From Deinococcales bacterium (lineage in GTDB: Bacteria > Deinococcota > Deinococci > Deinococcales > JAAFIG01), in NCBI GenBank assembly GCA_031414595.1, contig JANNVX010000041.1, forward strand, positions 96,001-160,000: DNA of 64,000 bases, given 5' to 3'. Positions 1 through 9,982 of this stretch are shown one piece after another (the stretch's first letter is position 1; each line of letters opens with the position of its first letter). The notes beneath the pieces were generated by a model, which saw only the letters and a list, made by a program, of their open reading frames with translations, was not told the DNA's origin and made no database searches. Position numbers and translations under genes: made by a program.

Positions 1-1
1 T

Positions 2-520
2 GTCGAAGAAGCCATGCTGGGCATTCAGTATGCTGGGGTGCAGAGTGTGCAAATTATTTTTAATATGTTTCGGCTTAAACCAAATGATGCTTTTTTTGCC
101 GCCGCTGCCGAAAAACAAGTTGGGATTCTGGCTCGAGTACCGCTTGCCAGTGGTTTACTAACCGGTAAAATGAGTGCTGGCTCGAGTTTTGCCTCCGACG
201 ACCACCGAGCCTTTAACCGCAACGGCGAAGCCTTTGACAAAGGCGAAACTTTTTCTGGTGTACCGTATAATGTTGGACTCGAGGCAGTTGAGCGCCTTCG
301 CCCACTTGTGCCGAATGGCTCGAGCCTAGCCCAATTTGCCCTGCGTTGGATTGGGATGTTCCCACAAGTCACTTGTTGTATTCCAGGCGCAAAAAATGCG
401 TTGCAAGCCGAGCAGAACTTTGCAGCAGCCGATTTACCAGCGCTGACACCAAAGGTAATGCAAGCGGTTCAGAGTATTTATGATGCCCTCATTCGTGAAC
501 ATGTTCATGGCGATTGGTAA
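2..520 (+). CDS. Aldo/keto reductase, 5'-truncated by the window edge
   Basis: C-terminal AKR motifs ARVPLASGLLTGK, LAQFALRW and IPGAKN; the frame is open back to base 2. Confidence 0.9.
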   Translation, partial: VEEAMLGIQYAGVQSVQIIFNMFRLKPNDAFFAAAAEKQVGILARVPLASGLLTGKMSAGSSFASDDHRAFNRNGEAFDKGETFSGVPYNVGLEAVERLRPLVPNGSSLAQFALRWIGMFPQVTCCIPGAKNALQAEQNFAAADLPALTPKVMQAVQSIYDALIREHVHGDW

Positions 521-598
521 GCTCAACCAAGAATGGGTTATCGCTCCAACCTTTGAAAAACTACACACAAAAGCGTTTTATTGGGTACAATGGAATTC

Positions 599-790
599 AT
601 GAAGGCAATTGTGCAAACTGAACTTCTCGCCATTCTCGAGCAAATGCCCGAAGAAGCCAATTGGCATGATTTTAAGCGAGCCATCCAAACTTTTGAACGC
701 ATAGATGAGGGTGTCTTAGACCTCGAGAATCAACGGGTTTGGAGTACCGAAAAACTTCGTAATCATTTCCGAAAGAAGACTTTTTCATGA
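599..790 (+). CDS. Putative type II antitoxin (small protein, partner of the downstream RelE/ParE)
   Basis: Sequence LEQMPEEA...ERIDEG..DLENQRV resembles addiction-module antitoxins; 4-bp ATGA overlap with the toxin gene; TACAAT 7 nt before ATG 599. Confidence 0.7.
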   Translation: MKAIVQTELLAILEQMPEEANWHDFKRAIQTFERIDEGVLDLENQRVWSTEKLRNHFRKKTFS

Positions 791-1134
791 CCCAAGAAGC
801 CGACATTCCAATTATTCCAAGCGAACGTGTTTCATTGCGGATTGAATGGGCAGACCGCGCTCGCCAAGACCTCGAAGAAATTTATGATGCCCTCGAGCAG
901 CATTCAATAGATGCAGCCGACCGCACAGTACAGCGTTTAATCAATGTGATTGAAGATTTGGTCAGCGACCCTAGCCTTGGTGTGGCAGTACCCAATCCGC
1001 GCCATTCGCATATTTTTTCTTTTGGTGAACGCCCTTACCGCATGTACTACCGTAAATTAAATCATAGCCTCGAGATAGTCCATATTGAACAAAGCACCAA
1101 ACGCGGGGCGTTGCTGAATAAACCATTGCGTTAA
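787..1134 (+). CDS. RelE/ParE family toxin
   Basis: IEWADRARQDLEEIYD...AADR...L...P.LG...YRMYYR...LEIVHI is the ParE/RelE pattern. Confidence 0.8.
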   Translation: MTQEADIPIIPSERVSLRIEWADRARQDLEEIYDALEQHSIDAADRTVQRLINVIEDLVSDPSLGVAVPNPRHSHIFSFGERPYRMYYRKLNHSLEIVHIEQSTKRGALLNKPLR

Positions 1135-1172
1135 ACCCTTTCCTCATGGTTTTGCGGTATTTTGTGGAGCGT

Positions 1173-1475
1173 ATGTCTCAACCTACTCAAACGAACCCGC
1201 TTAAATCCTTACAACAAGGCACAATGATGGCAATGGCAACCGACATGAACAACGCGCAAGCTGTTGCGGCTGGTTTATTGCCGTGCTTTGGTTTTGAAAT
1301 CACGGCGGCTGATGAGCAATTCCAAGTCAATGTTGCCGAGTTAAACACGGGGCATGATATTCGTCTGGCTCGAGAAGTCGCGGCTGGAATTCAAGAAGCC
1401 ATGCGCCAATTGGTTGAAAAAATAGACGGACACATTGCCACCCAAGAACCCACCAATATCTCCAAACTGAGTTAA
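1173..1475 (+). CDS. Hypothetical protein
   Basis: About 100-aa ORF with GGAG before ATG 1173; no family recognised. Confidence 0.55.
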   Translation: MSQPTQTNPLKSLQQGTMMAMATDMNNAQAVAAGLLPCFGFEITAADEQFQVNVAELNTGHDIRLAREVAAGIQEAMRQLVEKIDGHIATQEPTNISKLS

Positions 1476-1520
1476 ATCTTGAGTGCTTCCCTTTTGTCCT
1501 TGGTAAGCACTTTTATGGTC

Positions 1521-2279
1521 TTAATCGCAAACCACATTCCCCGAGAAGTAACGGCTGGCAATTCGGTTGATTGAACCATCTTTTTTCATCGCTTCTACCG
1601 AATCACTGAGCAATTTAAGAAGTTCTGTGTTGCCTTTTTTAACTGCCATGGCAATTCTGTCCTCGGTTAAGAGCGGTGAGAGGTTGACTCGAGGCGTGGG
1701 GTATTTTTTGGCAAAGGCTAAAGCGGCTAAACGGTCACTGATGTAGGCATCGGTTTTACCCGACTGCATGGCTTTGAAGGCTTCTAAGTCGGTGGCAAAG
1801 GTGATGACTTGTTTGATTCCAGGGATTTTACGTCCGTACTCAGCAAAGGTAGAGCTTTGTGAGGCAGAAACAACTTTACCTCGTAAACCCTCTGCGTCAA
1901 GTGCTTTGCCGACCAAGGCGATAATCACTGTACCTGTACAGTAATGAGGGATGACAAAATCCACATATTTTTCTCGATTCGCTGTGATGGTGTGCGAAGC
2001 CAATGCCACATCTATTTTACTTTCACCCAGTTTTGTAAAAAGTGAATCAAAGGAAACATTGCGCCACTCGGCTTTTAAGCCAAGGCGCTGAGCTAAAGCT
2101 GCGCCAAAGTCTATTTCAAAACCGACCAAATTGCCTTTTTCAACCGAATAAAAAGGCGGGTAATCCCGACTATTGCCAAAAATGAGTGAGCCACTGGTTT
2201 TGATGTCCGCAACTGGACGAGCCAAGCCCAAAGACAACAAACTGATACCCACCACAAAAGCTCCGATTATAACTTTCAT
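1521..2279 (-). CDS. Polar amino acid ABC transporter substrate-binding protein (family 3)
   Basis: Signal peptide, YPPF, GFEIDF, TITANREKYVDF; GAGGTG RBS before ATG 2279. Confidence 0.9.
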   Translation of the reverse strand: MKVIIGAFVVGISLLSLGLARPVADIKTSGSLIFGNSRDYPPFYSVEKGNLVGFEIDFGAALAQRLGLKAEWRNVSFDSLFTKLGESKIDVALASHTITANREKYVDFVIPHYCTGTVIIALVGKALDAEGLRGKVVSASQSSTFAEYGRKIPGIKQVITFATDLEAFKAMQSGKTDAYISDRLAALAFAKKYPTPRVNLSPLLTEDRIAMAVKKGNTELLKLLSDSVEAMKKDGSINRIASRYFSGNVVCD

Positions 2280-2373
2280 ATACACCTCGAGTGGAAAATG
2301 AATTTGGTTGGAAAGAACCAAATTTCTCAACCATACAAAGAGCCTACACCCCAAATTAAGTTTGGCAAAGTCT

Positions 2374-2485
2374 TTTTACGCATTGTGCAGCAAGACATTT
2401 TACGCATTGTGCAGCAAGACATTTTACGCATTGTGCAGCAAGACATTTACGCATTGTGCAGCAAGACATTTACGCATTGTGCAGC
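2374..2485. repeat. Tandem repeat, about 5 copies of (T)TTTACGCATTGTGCAGCAAGACA (23-24 bp)
   Basis: Head-to-tail copies read directly; the last copy is partial; no spacers. Confidence 0.95.
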
Positions 2486-2490
2486 CAGCC

Positions 2491-3381
2491 TCAAAACACC
2501 ACTGTTTTATTCTGATAGACCAAAACCCGATCCTCGAGATGTGCCTTGACTGCCCTTGCCAGCACTGCCCGTTCAATATCGCGTCCGACCCGGGTTAAGG
2601 CTCTGACATCATCGCGGTGTGTCACCCTCGAGACATCTTGTTCGATAATTGGACCACCATCGAGTTCAGCAGTCACATAATGGGCGGTTGCGCCAATGAT
2701 TTTTACGCCTCGAGCCGCCGCACTTTTGTATGGATTTGCGCCAATAAAAGCGGGGAGGAAACTGTGGTGAATGTTGATGACTGGCACACCGAGTTTTTCT
2801 AAAAAATCTCCACTGAGAATCTGCATGTACCGTGCCAGCACTACAAAATCGGCTTGGTTGTGCAGCAACTCAAGAATTTGCGCTTCCGAGCTTGACTTAT
2901 CTGTGCCTTTTTGTGATTCGACCAAATGATACGGAATTTCAAACGCCGTGACATCTGCCTCGAGTTCGGTGTGGTTGCTAATCACCATTGGGATTTCACA
3001 ATCAAATTCGCCACGCCGTACCCGCCAGAGTAAATCCATTAAACAATGGTCATACTTGCTACACAAAATCGCCATGCGTTTTGGTTCGGCAGCATACGAT
3101 AAACTCCATTCCATGTTGAACGGCACAGCCACCACTTCGGCAAACGCCCGTTCAAATTGGACTCTAGTCATGTCTAAGCCCTCTAAGGAAAATTCTTGAC
3201 GCATAAAAAAACGCCCACCGTCTGGGTTAATGCTGTGCTGGTCTGAAGAAATAATATTGGCGTTGTGATTGAATAAAAACTGCGAAACCGCCGCTACAAT
3301 GCCGCGTTTGTCGGGGCAACTAATCAGTAAACGAGCAGTATTCGGACGGGCTACAACTTTAGAAGAAGGTAGGTCTGACAT
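2491..3381 (-). CDS. purU: Formyltetrahydrofolate deformylase
   Basis: ACT domain ([13 protein letters not shown]), [36 protein letters not shown]. Confidence 0.97.
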   Translation of the reverse strand: MSDLPSSKVVARPNTARLLISCPDKRGIVAAVSQFLFNHNANIISSDQHSINPDGGRFFMRQEFSLEGLDMTRVQFERAFAEVVAVPFNMEWSLSYAAEPKRMAILCSKYDHCLMDLLWRVRRGEFDCEIPMVISNHTELEADVTAFEIPYHLVESQKGTDKSSSEAQILELLHNQADFVVLARYMQILSGDFLEKLGVPVINIHHSFLPAFIGANPYKSAAARGVKIIGATAHYVTAELDGGPIIEQDVSRVTHRDDVRALTRVGRDIERAVLARAVKAHLEDRVLVYQNKTVVF

Positions 3382-3434
3382 TAGGCTGTAATTCTAAGGT
3401 CAAATGGGCTTGGCGCAAAGGTCATAATGAGCCG

Positions 3435-4886
3435 ATGACCAAAAACTGGAATCCCCAATATGTGCAGCACCTGCTCGAGCCACATTTTAAGCAAGCCAAA
3501 ACCCATTTTCTATTGCCTCTGCTCGAGATGAGCCGCGCCCATGCAATCATGCTTTTGGGCTGTGACTTACTAGAAAAATCTGTGGCACAAAAAATTCTTG
3601 CTGCCCTAGACCACGTAGACAGCGATTTGCTGGTCTATTCACAACACTTTGAAGACCTGTTTTTTGCACTCGAGGCACAACTGATAAAAAAAACAGATGC
3701 CATCGGTAATCTACAAATTGCCCGTAGTCGCAACGACGTGGATGCAGCCCTGATTCGGATGGTCTTGCGCCAAAAAACCCTCGAGATGATGGCAAGTCTC
3801 GAGCAATTGGCATTTGTGCTGCACACCAAAGCCTTAGAGGGTGTGACTTGGCTAATGCCGGGCTACACCCATCACCAACCCGCCCAACCGACCACTTTAG
3901 GGCATTACCTGACTGGGATTCTGGGTGTGTTAGGGCGCGACATGCAGCGCCTAAAAGCCGCTTACTCGAGCATCAACGCCTCACCACTTGGGGCTGTTGC
4001 CATGACCGGCACAGGATTTCCCATTAACCGTCAAGTGATGGCAGATTTACTTGGATTTGATAGTATTCTAGAAAATGGGATTGATGCAGTTGGAGCAGCC
4101 GACCACAGCTTAGAATTACTAAGTGCTTTACAAATTTGTAACACCACCCTCTCGAGACTGACCCATGACCTGATTTTTTGGGCAAGCCAAGAGACCAACT
4201 TCTTTCGGGTTGCCGATTCCTTTGTGCAAATTAGTTCAATCATGCCACAAAAACGCAACCCTGTTGTGTTAGAACATATCCGCGCTAAATTGGCTCGAGC
4301 CAGTGGCGCAAGCCAGAGTGCGTTTAATATGTGCGGGAACATTCCATTTGGGGATGTCAACGATGTGGCTGAACCACTCCTGCCCGTTAGTTTGGCGGCA
4401 CTCGAGGACAGCCAAGCGGCTGTTTTGTTACTCAGTGCGGTGCTTGAAGTTTCAAACTTTAATGTTCTAAAAATGCAGGACGCGGCTGGGCAGCATTTTA
4501 TGACTGCGACGGGCTTGGCGGATGCGCTGGTTGGTATTGGTTTAACTTTTAAGCAAGCCCACGAGGTTGTTTCAAAAACCGTGGACTATGCGATGCAGCA
4601 CAACTTAAAAAGCACAGACATCACAGCTTTGATTGTTCAAAGTGTCAGCAGCATTCCACTCGAGATAACCGATTCATTTGTACAAGATGCCTTAGACCCA
4701 AACAACTTTGTGCAACGCCGCACCACATTTGGTGGTAGTTCCCCCAAAACTGTTTTGGTTAGTCTCGAGCGGATAAAAATTGAACTCGAGCAGAGCAAGA
4801 ACTGGCGACTCGAGCAGAAACAAAAATTAGTAGATGCCCAAGAAAAACTTAAAAGCATAAATGGACAAATTCTTAATCCTCTGTAA
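3435..4886 (+). CDS. argH: Argininosuccinate lyase
   Basis: ARSRND, MPGYTHHQPAQP and SSIMPQKRNP fumarate-lyase signature. Confidence 0.92.
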   Translation: MTKNWNPQYVQHLLEPHFKQAKTHFLLPLLEMSRAHAIMLLGCDLLEKSVAQKILAALDHVDSDLLVYSQHFEDLFFALEAQLIKKTDAIGNLQIARSRNDVDAALIRMVLRQKTLEMMASLEQLAFVLHTKALEGVTWLMPGYTHHQPAQPTTLGHYLTGILGVLGRDMQRLKAAYSSINASPLGAVAMTGTGFPINRQVMADLLGFDSILENGIDAVGAADHSLELLSALQICNTTLSRLTHDLIFWASQETNFFRVADSFVQISSIMPQKRNPVVLEHIRAKLARASGASQSAFNMCGNIPFGDVNDVAEPLLPVSLAALEDSQAAVLLLSAVLEVSNFNVLKMQDAAGQHFMTATGLADALVGIGLTFKQAHEVVSKTVDYAMQHNLKSTDITALIVQSVSSIPLEITDSFVQDALDPNNFVQRRTTFGGSSPKTVLVSLERIKIELEQSKNWRLEQKQKLVDAQEKLKSINGQILNPL

Positions 4887-5433
4887 TTTTCTTGTACCAA
4901 TCAAATTCTGTATCACGTTTACCAATTGTGTATCGCGCACAAATTTCAATGTTCTCAAATACTTCAATAAGTTCAGGTCGGGCAATACCGTTTTTTTCTG
5001 CCCACATCCGCACTAAACCCATGCTGCTGATGATTTGCATGGTCGGCACTCGCTCGAGAATAACTCGGCGGGCTTTACGGTCATCGGTGACTAAACCAGC
5101 TTTTCTATGAATTGCAGCAGCCGCCGTCATCGCTTCACCATCATCAATTCTATTTTTATTGTCTGGGTCTATAAATTCTAAATACAACTCGAGTTCTACT
5201 GGTGTTAAATCTGCCTCGATATGAATAATCCCAGCCTAAACAACATCGCTTAAATCCAGTGCTACAGCCTCGAGACGCACTTGCCCATCGCGCCGATGAA
5301 CAAATTGACTTTCATTAGGATAAACTTTTGGAATCACTGAAAATCGCAATTCGAGGGCTTTGGCAATTTGCTCCAATCGCCCAGAAGCAGATAAATTCAA
5401 CAAGAAACAAGAATCCAAGAAATACCAATCCAC
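4873..5433 (-). pseudogene. PIN-domain-like protein gene interrupted by one in-frame TAG at 5238-5236
   Basis: ORFs 5236..5433 (YFLDSCFLLNL) and 4873..5187 (IDDGEAMT, LVTDDRKAR) are in the same frame; the read-through is ...LSDVV*AGIIHIEADLTPVELELYLEF..., about 186 aa with PIN acidic motifs. Confidence 0.8.
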
Positions 5434-6668
5434 TACCGACTCCGAACCAAAACAGCTTGCTCGAGGGCGAGTTCGGTCATATCAGGCAGACCATCATCGC
5501 CAAGCGTCATTTGTTCTTGGAAGTGCTGCACAATTTCTCGAGCAGCTAAACGAGAAGTCTCAAGGTATTTAACCAACTGACCTTCACTGAGTTCTTCGGC
5601 TAAAAAGGCTCTGGCTGCCAGAATTTGATAGCGGTCTGGTAATTTGTCAAATCCTGCCCGACCATGTTCTTTAATCCCCACGATTTCTTGGGCTTTACGA
5701 ACCTGTAAACCCTCGGCTTTGTATTGGTCGGATGTGCCAGCCGCCAAAATACCCATCTCCTCGAGTCGCCAACAGTAGGCTTCAAAAGAAACACCAAAAT
5801 AGCGTGCAAAATGCAGTAAATCACCAATTGTAAACGAGCCACCAGCTTGGACATGGGCGCGTAATTGACGGCGCACACCAGCACTGGGCAAAAGAAAACG
5901 AGCCGCAAAAGCATCGGCGAACCGTTCTGAATCTGGGCGACGCTCAAAACGTAGCACCTGAATTTCTGGGCTGTAGCGATTGGTCAAAAAATGGGCGTAT
6001 TCATGGGCTAAAGTCATGCGTTGTCGCTCGGGCGGATGTTTAGCGTTAATCGCAATACAACCACCTAAATCATCGGTGTAGCCAAATAAACCAGCAATTG
6101 GCGAAGGTAAATCAATAAAGAAAATCCGTAAGCCCACTTCAGTCTCGAGCAGTGAACGCAAATCACCAATTGGGGCATCGCCAAGATTCAAACGGTCTCG
6201 TTCTTGTAAAGCAATTTCGTCAGCTGCGATACTGACATCATCGTAGCCAAGAAAAGAATAGGCGGCAGGGTAACGCTTAACCATTGGGACACCAAGCATC
6301 ACCTCAAGTTCAAGGTACTGTTCGCTCAGACGCTGCAAATGGGCTACGGTTTGTTCGAGAACTGTTTCGCCCACCAAATCAAAAAGTCGTTTTTCAAATC
6401 GCGCCCGAAAAGCCACCGATAATTCGGTTTTGGTGACACGGTGACGCAATAATGCTCCTACTTCTTGACGGTACAGATTTGCCAAAGACACCAATTCCGC
6501 CGCCGATAAACGACGTTTACCTTGCTCTATTGCCACAACTGTTGGTCTCGAGACCTTTAAGACCTCAGCCGCACGGTCTTGGGTTAGCCCAGCCGTTTTA
6601 CGGGCTTGTTGTAAACGCGCTCCTAAATCAAGCCAATCTATGTTGTTCATGACTCGGGATTCAATCAT
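5433..6668 (-). CDS. XRE-family HTH fused to an ImmA/IrrE-family (peptidase M78) zinc metallopeptidase
   Basis: N-terminal HTH_XRE (ARKTAGLTQD...VSRPTVVAIEQG); RQRMTLAHEYAH HEXXH motif; E..ADAFAARFLLP; FGVS. Confidence 0.92.
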   Translation of the reverse strand: MIESRVMNNIDWLDLGARLQQARKTAGLTQDRAAEVLKVSRPTVVAIEQGKRRLSAAELVSLANLYRQEVGALLRHRVTKTELSVAFRARFEKRLFDLVGETVLEQTVAHLQRLSEQYLELEVMLGVPMVKRYPAAYSFLGYDDVSIAADEIALQERDRLNLGDAPIGDLRSLLETEVGLRIFFIDLPSPIAGLFGYTDDLGGCIAINAKHPPERQRMTLAHEYAHFLTNRYSPEIQVLRFERRPDSERFADAFAARFLLPSAGVRRQLRAHVQAGGSFTIGDLLHFARYFGVSFEAYCWRLEEMGILAAGTSDQYKAEGLQVRKAQEIVGIKEHGRAGFDKLPDRYQILAARAFLAEELSEGQLVKYLETSRLAAREIVQHFQEQMTLGDDGLPDMTELALEQAVLVRSR

Positions 6669-6675
6669 ATGGGTA

Positions 6676-6712
6676 AGCCTAAACGGTTTATACTAAAATG
6701 TCAAATTTAGTA
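6676..6712 (-). promoter_or_regulatory. Sigma70 promoter (leaderless) with an overlapping inverted-repeat operator for the XRE/ImmA gene
   Basis: Minus strand TTGACA-17bp-TAGGCT-7nt-ATG(6668); inverted repeat TACTAAA-8bp-TTTAGTA (6691-6712) brackets the -35. Confidence 0.7.
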
Positions 6713-6748
6713 ATTGTTAAATGCCTTAAATACTAACTTTGTCAGAAT

Positions 6749-7687
6749 TTACTCAAACACAGCCGAAACCACCGCAAAATCAGTATGAGAATCCGCAAAA
6801 ACACTGGCTCGAGAACCATTGAACCCAATACTCGAGCAACCCTCAAATTCCAAATCAAATAATTTGCCAACCAGCATGGGATTCACCACAGCTTCAATAG
6901 ATTCACAGTTTTGAATCCTAGTAATCGCCCCTCGAGCCACCCATTCTTGCCCTTCAATCAGTTTGGCATCAGCACTCCAAGCCCCAAGCCACTTGGCAGC
7001 ATTGGCGCTGGGTTGCACCAGAATTCGTGTACCTGTTGCATCGGCTTTTGCGATACACGAATCAAAAAAGGCATCGTAACAAATAAGCGTGCCGACTTTA
7101 CCGATTTTGGTTTGCGTCGGACTCCAATCCTCGAGCCTTGCAGCGAATAAACCTAAGCTGCTTTCTAAACCCTTGGTCAAATGAATCTTGGCAGTTCTGA
7201 ACAGTAAACGCCCAGTGGGGGCAAATAAAAAAGAAACATTCTGGACTCGAGGACTGGCAATAAACACACCTTGGGCAGCTTCTTCGTCTATAAAAGGCAA
7301 GAAGCTGCTGCCAGCCACAATATAAGTATTGTGTTCTCGAGCCGCCCGTGAAAATGCCGCCAGAATCGTCTGATGCACTGCCACGGCTCGAGGCAGCAAG
7401 ACATTTGCCAGACGCGGTTTTTGCCAGCCCAATGTGAAGCCCTCGAGCCAATGCTGTTTAGCCAGTTCTAAAGCGGCGGTCTGTACCGAAGTGGCAAAAA
7501 AATCGCGTTCTAAAAAAAAGAAAAGCGGTAAACCAATCAGTTCTGGAAAAGCTACCAGCGCTGGCACAGCAGGGTCTCTTGTCGCCAAGGCTTTAGCTGT
7601 CTGCTCAAAAATCCAAGCCGAAAAACCAATAGATGTTTTATAGGCTTCTGGCTCGAGTTTGGTTTGAATGGCTGCGAGGAAAGTCAT
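6749..7687 (-). CDS. Nitrilase-related carbon-nitrogen hydrolase
   Basis: E-K-C triad motifs AFPE, AKIHL, LICYD. Confidence 0.88.
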   Translation of the reverse strand: MTFLAAIQTKLEPEAYKTSIGFSAWIFEQTAKALATRDPAVPALVAFPELIGLPLFFFLERDFFATSVQTAALELAKQHWLEGFTLGWQKPRLANVLLPRAVAVHQTILAAFSRAAREHNTYIVAGSSFLPFIDEEAAQGVFIASPRVQNVSFLFAPTGRLLFRTAKIHLTKGLESSLGLFAARLEDWSPTQTKIGKVGTLICYDAFFDSCIAKADATGTRILVQPSANAAKWLGAWSADAKLIEGQEWVARGAITRIQNCESIEAVVNPMLVGKLFDLEFEGCSSIGFNGSRASVFADSHTDFAVVSAVFE

Positions 7688-7705
7688 GGTCTGATTATTT
7701 GCATT

Positions 7706-8140
7706 CTAAGACAAACCATCATAGGCATTTTGCAAGGCAACAATCTCGAGCTTATTCATCTGCAACATCGCGTCCAGAACACGTTTGGCTTTGATTGGGT
7801 CTGGGTCTTGCAAATATGCCCCGAGCATCGGTGGAACAAGTTGCCATGAAAGCCCGTATTTGTCCTTTAACCAACCGCAACGGCTGGGTTCGCCGCCATC
7901 AGCCGTTAGTTTCTCCCATAAGTCATCTATTTCGGCTTGGGTTTGGCAATTCACAAAGAGCGAAAAAGCTGGTGATAGTTGGTAATGAGAACCGCCATTA
8001 AATAAAATCAGTTCTTGTCCCTCGAGAATTAAGCGTGGCGGTGTGCCAATTATCTGAGAATTCGGAAAGATACTGGTGTAAAAGTTAAGCATTTCCTCGG
8101 CATTGCCATCAAACCATAAAAACGGCGTAATTTTGTTCAT
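7706..8140 (-). CDS. VOC family protein (PhnB / 3-demethylubiquinone-9 methyltransferase-like)
   Basis: KITPFLWFDGNAEE, CGWLKDKYGLSWQL. Confidence 0.9.
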   Translation of the reverse strand: MNKITPFLWFDGNAEEMLNFYTSIFPNSQIIGTPPRLILEGQELILFNGGSHYQLSPAFSLFVNCQTQAEIDDLWEKLTADGGEPSRCGWLKDKYGLSWQLVPPMLGAYLQDPDPIKAKRVLDAMLQMNKLEIVALQNAYDGLS

Positions 8141-8553
8141 GCGACACGCTCGGTGTGCAGTTTGTAATTCTCTAAAATCGCTTGCCAACCATCGCGTTGC
8201 AATTCTGCGCTGTTGACATCTTCGATTTCAAAGGTTTCGATAATTTTGGTGTCTAAACTCGAGATAACCTCGAATTTGACACTGACGGCACGGTCTCCAA
8301 TCGTGAATTCCAGCAACTCGAGTGGAATCACTTGGCTGTACGTTCCAGCAAAGTCAAAGCCACTGCTGCCGTCTTTGGCTGCCATGCGGTATGAAAATTC
8401 TCCGCCAGTCACAGGGTTATTGCTGGCTCTGGGGCATTCCCAGTCTGGTGAAGCAAAATTCCAGTTGGTGATGTGTTCAGCCTTCGTCCAAGTTGCCCAA
8501 GCCAAAGTGATTGGTACATTTACATTGGTGCTAACGGTGATTGATTCTGCCAT
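8137..8553 (-). CDS. SRPBCC (AHSA1-like) domain protein
   Basis: WNFASPDW, GGEFSYRMAAKDGS.GFDF.G.Y, QRDGWQAIL. Confidence 0.9.
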   Translation of the reverse strand: MAESITVSTNVNVPITLAWATWTKAEHITNWNFASPDWECPRASNNPVTGGEFSYRMAAKDGSSGFDFAGTYSQVIPLELLEFTIGDRAVSVKFEVISSLDTKIIETFEIEDVNSAELQRDGWQAILENYKLHTERVA

Positions 8554-8564
8554 AATAATTCTCC

Positions 8565-9173
8565 TTAACGACTGACCGCATAACAAGCCAGTACATTGCC
8601 TGAGCCAGCCCAAGTGCGACTGCTTAAAAGTTTAAGCGATATAGGCGGACGACCATCAAATATGGGGATGCCTTCGCCAGCGATGATTGGAAAGGTGGTC
8701 AGGTGCAGTTCGTCTATTAAATCGTGTACCAGAAGATGATTCCAGAGTATCCGACTGAGTTGGATTAACAAATTCCCGCCAGCTTGTTGTTTCAGAGCGG
8801 CGATTTGGGTTAGTACATCTGCCACCCTAATAATCCGTGTATTTTCTAAAGTGGCAATGTCTTCGGGCGTAATTTTATCGGAAACCACGATTTTGTTAAT
8901 CTCTTTGATTCGCTTGGCTAACTCGAGCCGAATTGGGGTGGCGTTTGGGTCTTTGGATAGGTTTTCCCAGTACGACATATTTTCTAAAAAGGACTTACGC
9001 CCACTCAAAATCAGTGTGTCAGAGGCATGGAGCAGTTCGGTATTGTATCGGTCAAAGGCTTGGTCTCCGTGGTAATCGGGGTGGTAATAATCAAAAAACC
9101 TGTCAATGGTTTTGTCTTTGGATTCATAAAAACCGTCCAAGGTTACAAAGTTGCAAACAATCAATTTACGCAT
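8565..9173 (-). CDS. Dihydrofolate reductase / RibD C-terminal family protein
   Basis: MRKLIV..FVTLDGF, GRKSF, LIDELHL...PII.GEG.PIF. Confidence 0.88.
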   Translation of the reverse strand: MRKLIVCNFVTLDGFYESKDKTIDRFFDYYHPDYHGDQAFDRYNTELLHASDTLILSGRKSFLENMSYWENLSKDPNATPIRLELAKRIKEINKIVVSDKITPEDIATLENTRIIRVADVLTQIAALKQQAGGNLLIQLSRILWNHLLVHDLIDELHLTTFPIIAGEGIPIFDGRPPISLKLLSSRTWAGSGNVLACYAVSR

Positions 9174-9630
9174 TTTGGAATAGTTCCACAAGTTGGTCTA
9201 AGCACATCCCCCAACCAACATGAAACCCCATGTCTTCGTGTTGCTGGCGGCTGGCTTCGTCTTTGTGCATGGCAATGGCGGTGTACTTTGTACCATTACC
9301 GTGTGGCTCGAGCAGAATCGTAGCGGTAAAAAAGGCTTTTTCGTTGGGTCTAAAATCTGCCCCTAAAGCATCGGTAAAGACCAATTTTTGATTGGGGATA
9401 ATTTCTAAATAACAGCCTGTGTTTGGAAAGTCTTGTCCTTCGGGTGAGCGCATGGTGGTGCTGCATAATCCACCAACCCGTAAATCAATCTCGCAGTGGG
9501 CGGTTGTCCAAGGGCGCGGCGCAAACCATTTTTTGAGCTGTTCGGGTTGCGTCCAAGCTGCCCAGACCAGTTCTGGTTTGACATCCACAATACGTTCGAG
9601 TTTCAGGTCGGTGCCTGGGTTAAAGTTCAT
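9166..9630 (-). CDS. SRPBCC family protein
   Basis: [34 protein letters not shown]. Confidence 0.9.
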   Translation of the reverse strand: MNFNPGTDLKLERIVDVKPELVWAAWTQPEQLKKWFAPRPWTTAHCEIDLRVGGLCSTTMRSPEGQDFPNTGCYLEIIPNQKLVFTDALGADFRPNEKAFFTATILLEPHGNGTKYTAIAMHKDEASRQQHEDMGFHVGWGMCLDQLVELFQNA

Positions 9631-9982
9631 GGTTCTCCTTATTTGGCTCGAGAGAGGGCTTGATGTACATTAAATAACTGTCTAGTTGGTCTAATCGTGT
9701 TTCCCAGATGTGCCGTTGGCTGCTTAACCAATGCTCAACTTGCTGGATGGTTTCTGGCTCGAGGTGATAGGTGCGTACTCGACCTGTTTTTTTTGAGTGT
9801 ACCAAACCGCTTTTCTCGAGTACCCCAAGGTGTTGCACAAACGAAGGCAGTGCCATATGAAAAGGACTGGCGAGTTGGCTAACGGTGGCTGCCCCAAGGC
9901 TCAGGCGTTCAATCACAGCGCGGCGGGTTGGGTCGGCAAGCGCCTGAAAAATTTGGCTGTACTCGAGTAATTGCTTAGGCAC
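9620..9982 (-). CDS. ArsR/SmtB family transcriptional regulator
   Basis: [25 protein letters not shown]...K.GRVR. Confidence 0.92.
   Translation of the reverse strand: MPKQLLEYSQIFQALADPTRRAVIERLSLGAATVSQLASPFHMALPSFVQHLGVLEKSGLVHSKKTGRVRTYHLEPETIQQVEHWLSSQRHIWETRLDQLDSYLMYIKPSLEPNKENHEL

Noticed and set aside
2374-2485. Possible CRISPR array
   Set aside because: Repeats are head-to-tail with no unique spacers, and there are no cas genes in the window
2298-2598. Plus-strand ORFs with repeated peptides (ILRIVQQD / FYALCSKT)
   Set aside because: They are translations of the tandem repeat and overlap purU antisense
5236-5238. Pyrrolysine or genetic-code reassignment of TAG
   Set aside because: TAG ends normal genes here (e.g. 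ffh, rbsK, the mazG-like gene) and no pyl genes are visible; a nonsense mutation or sequencing error is simpler
5433-6668. Calling this gene the Deinococcus irrE/pprI
   Set aside because: PprI is peptidase-HTH-GAF; this protein is N-terminal XRE-HTH then peptidase
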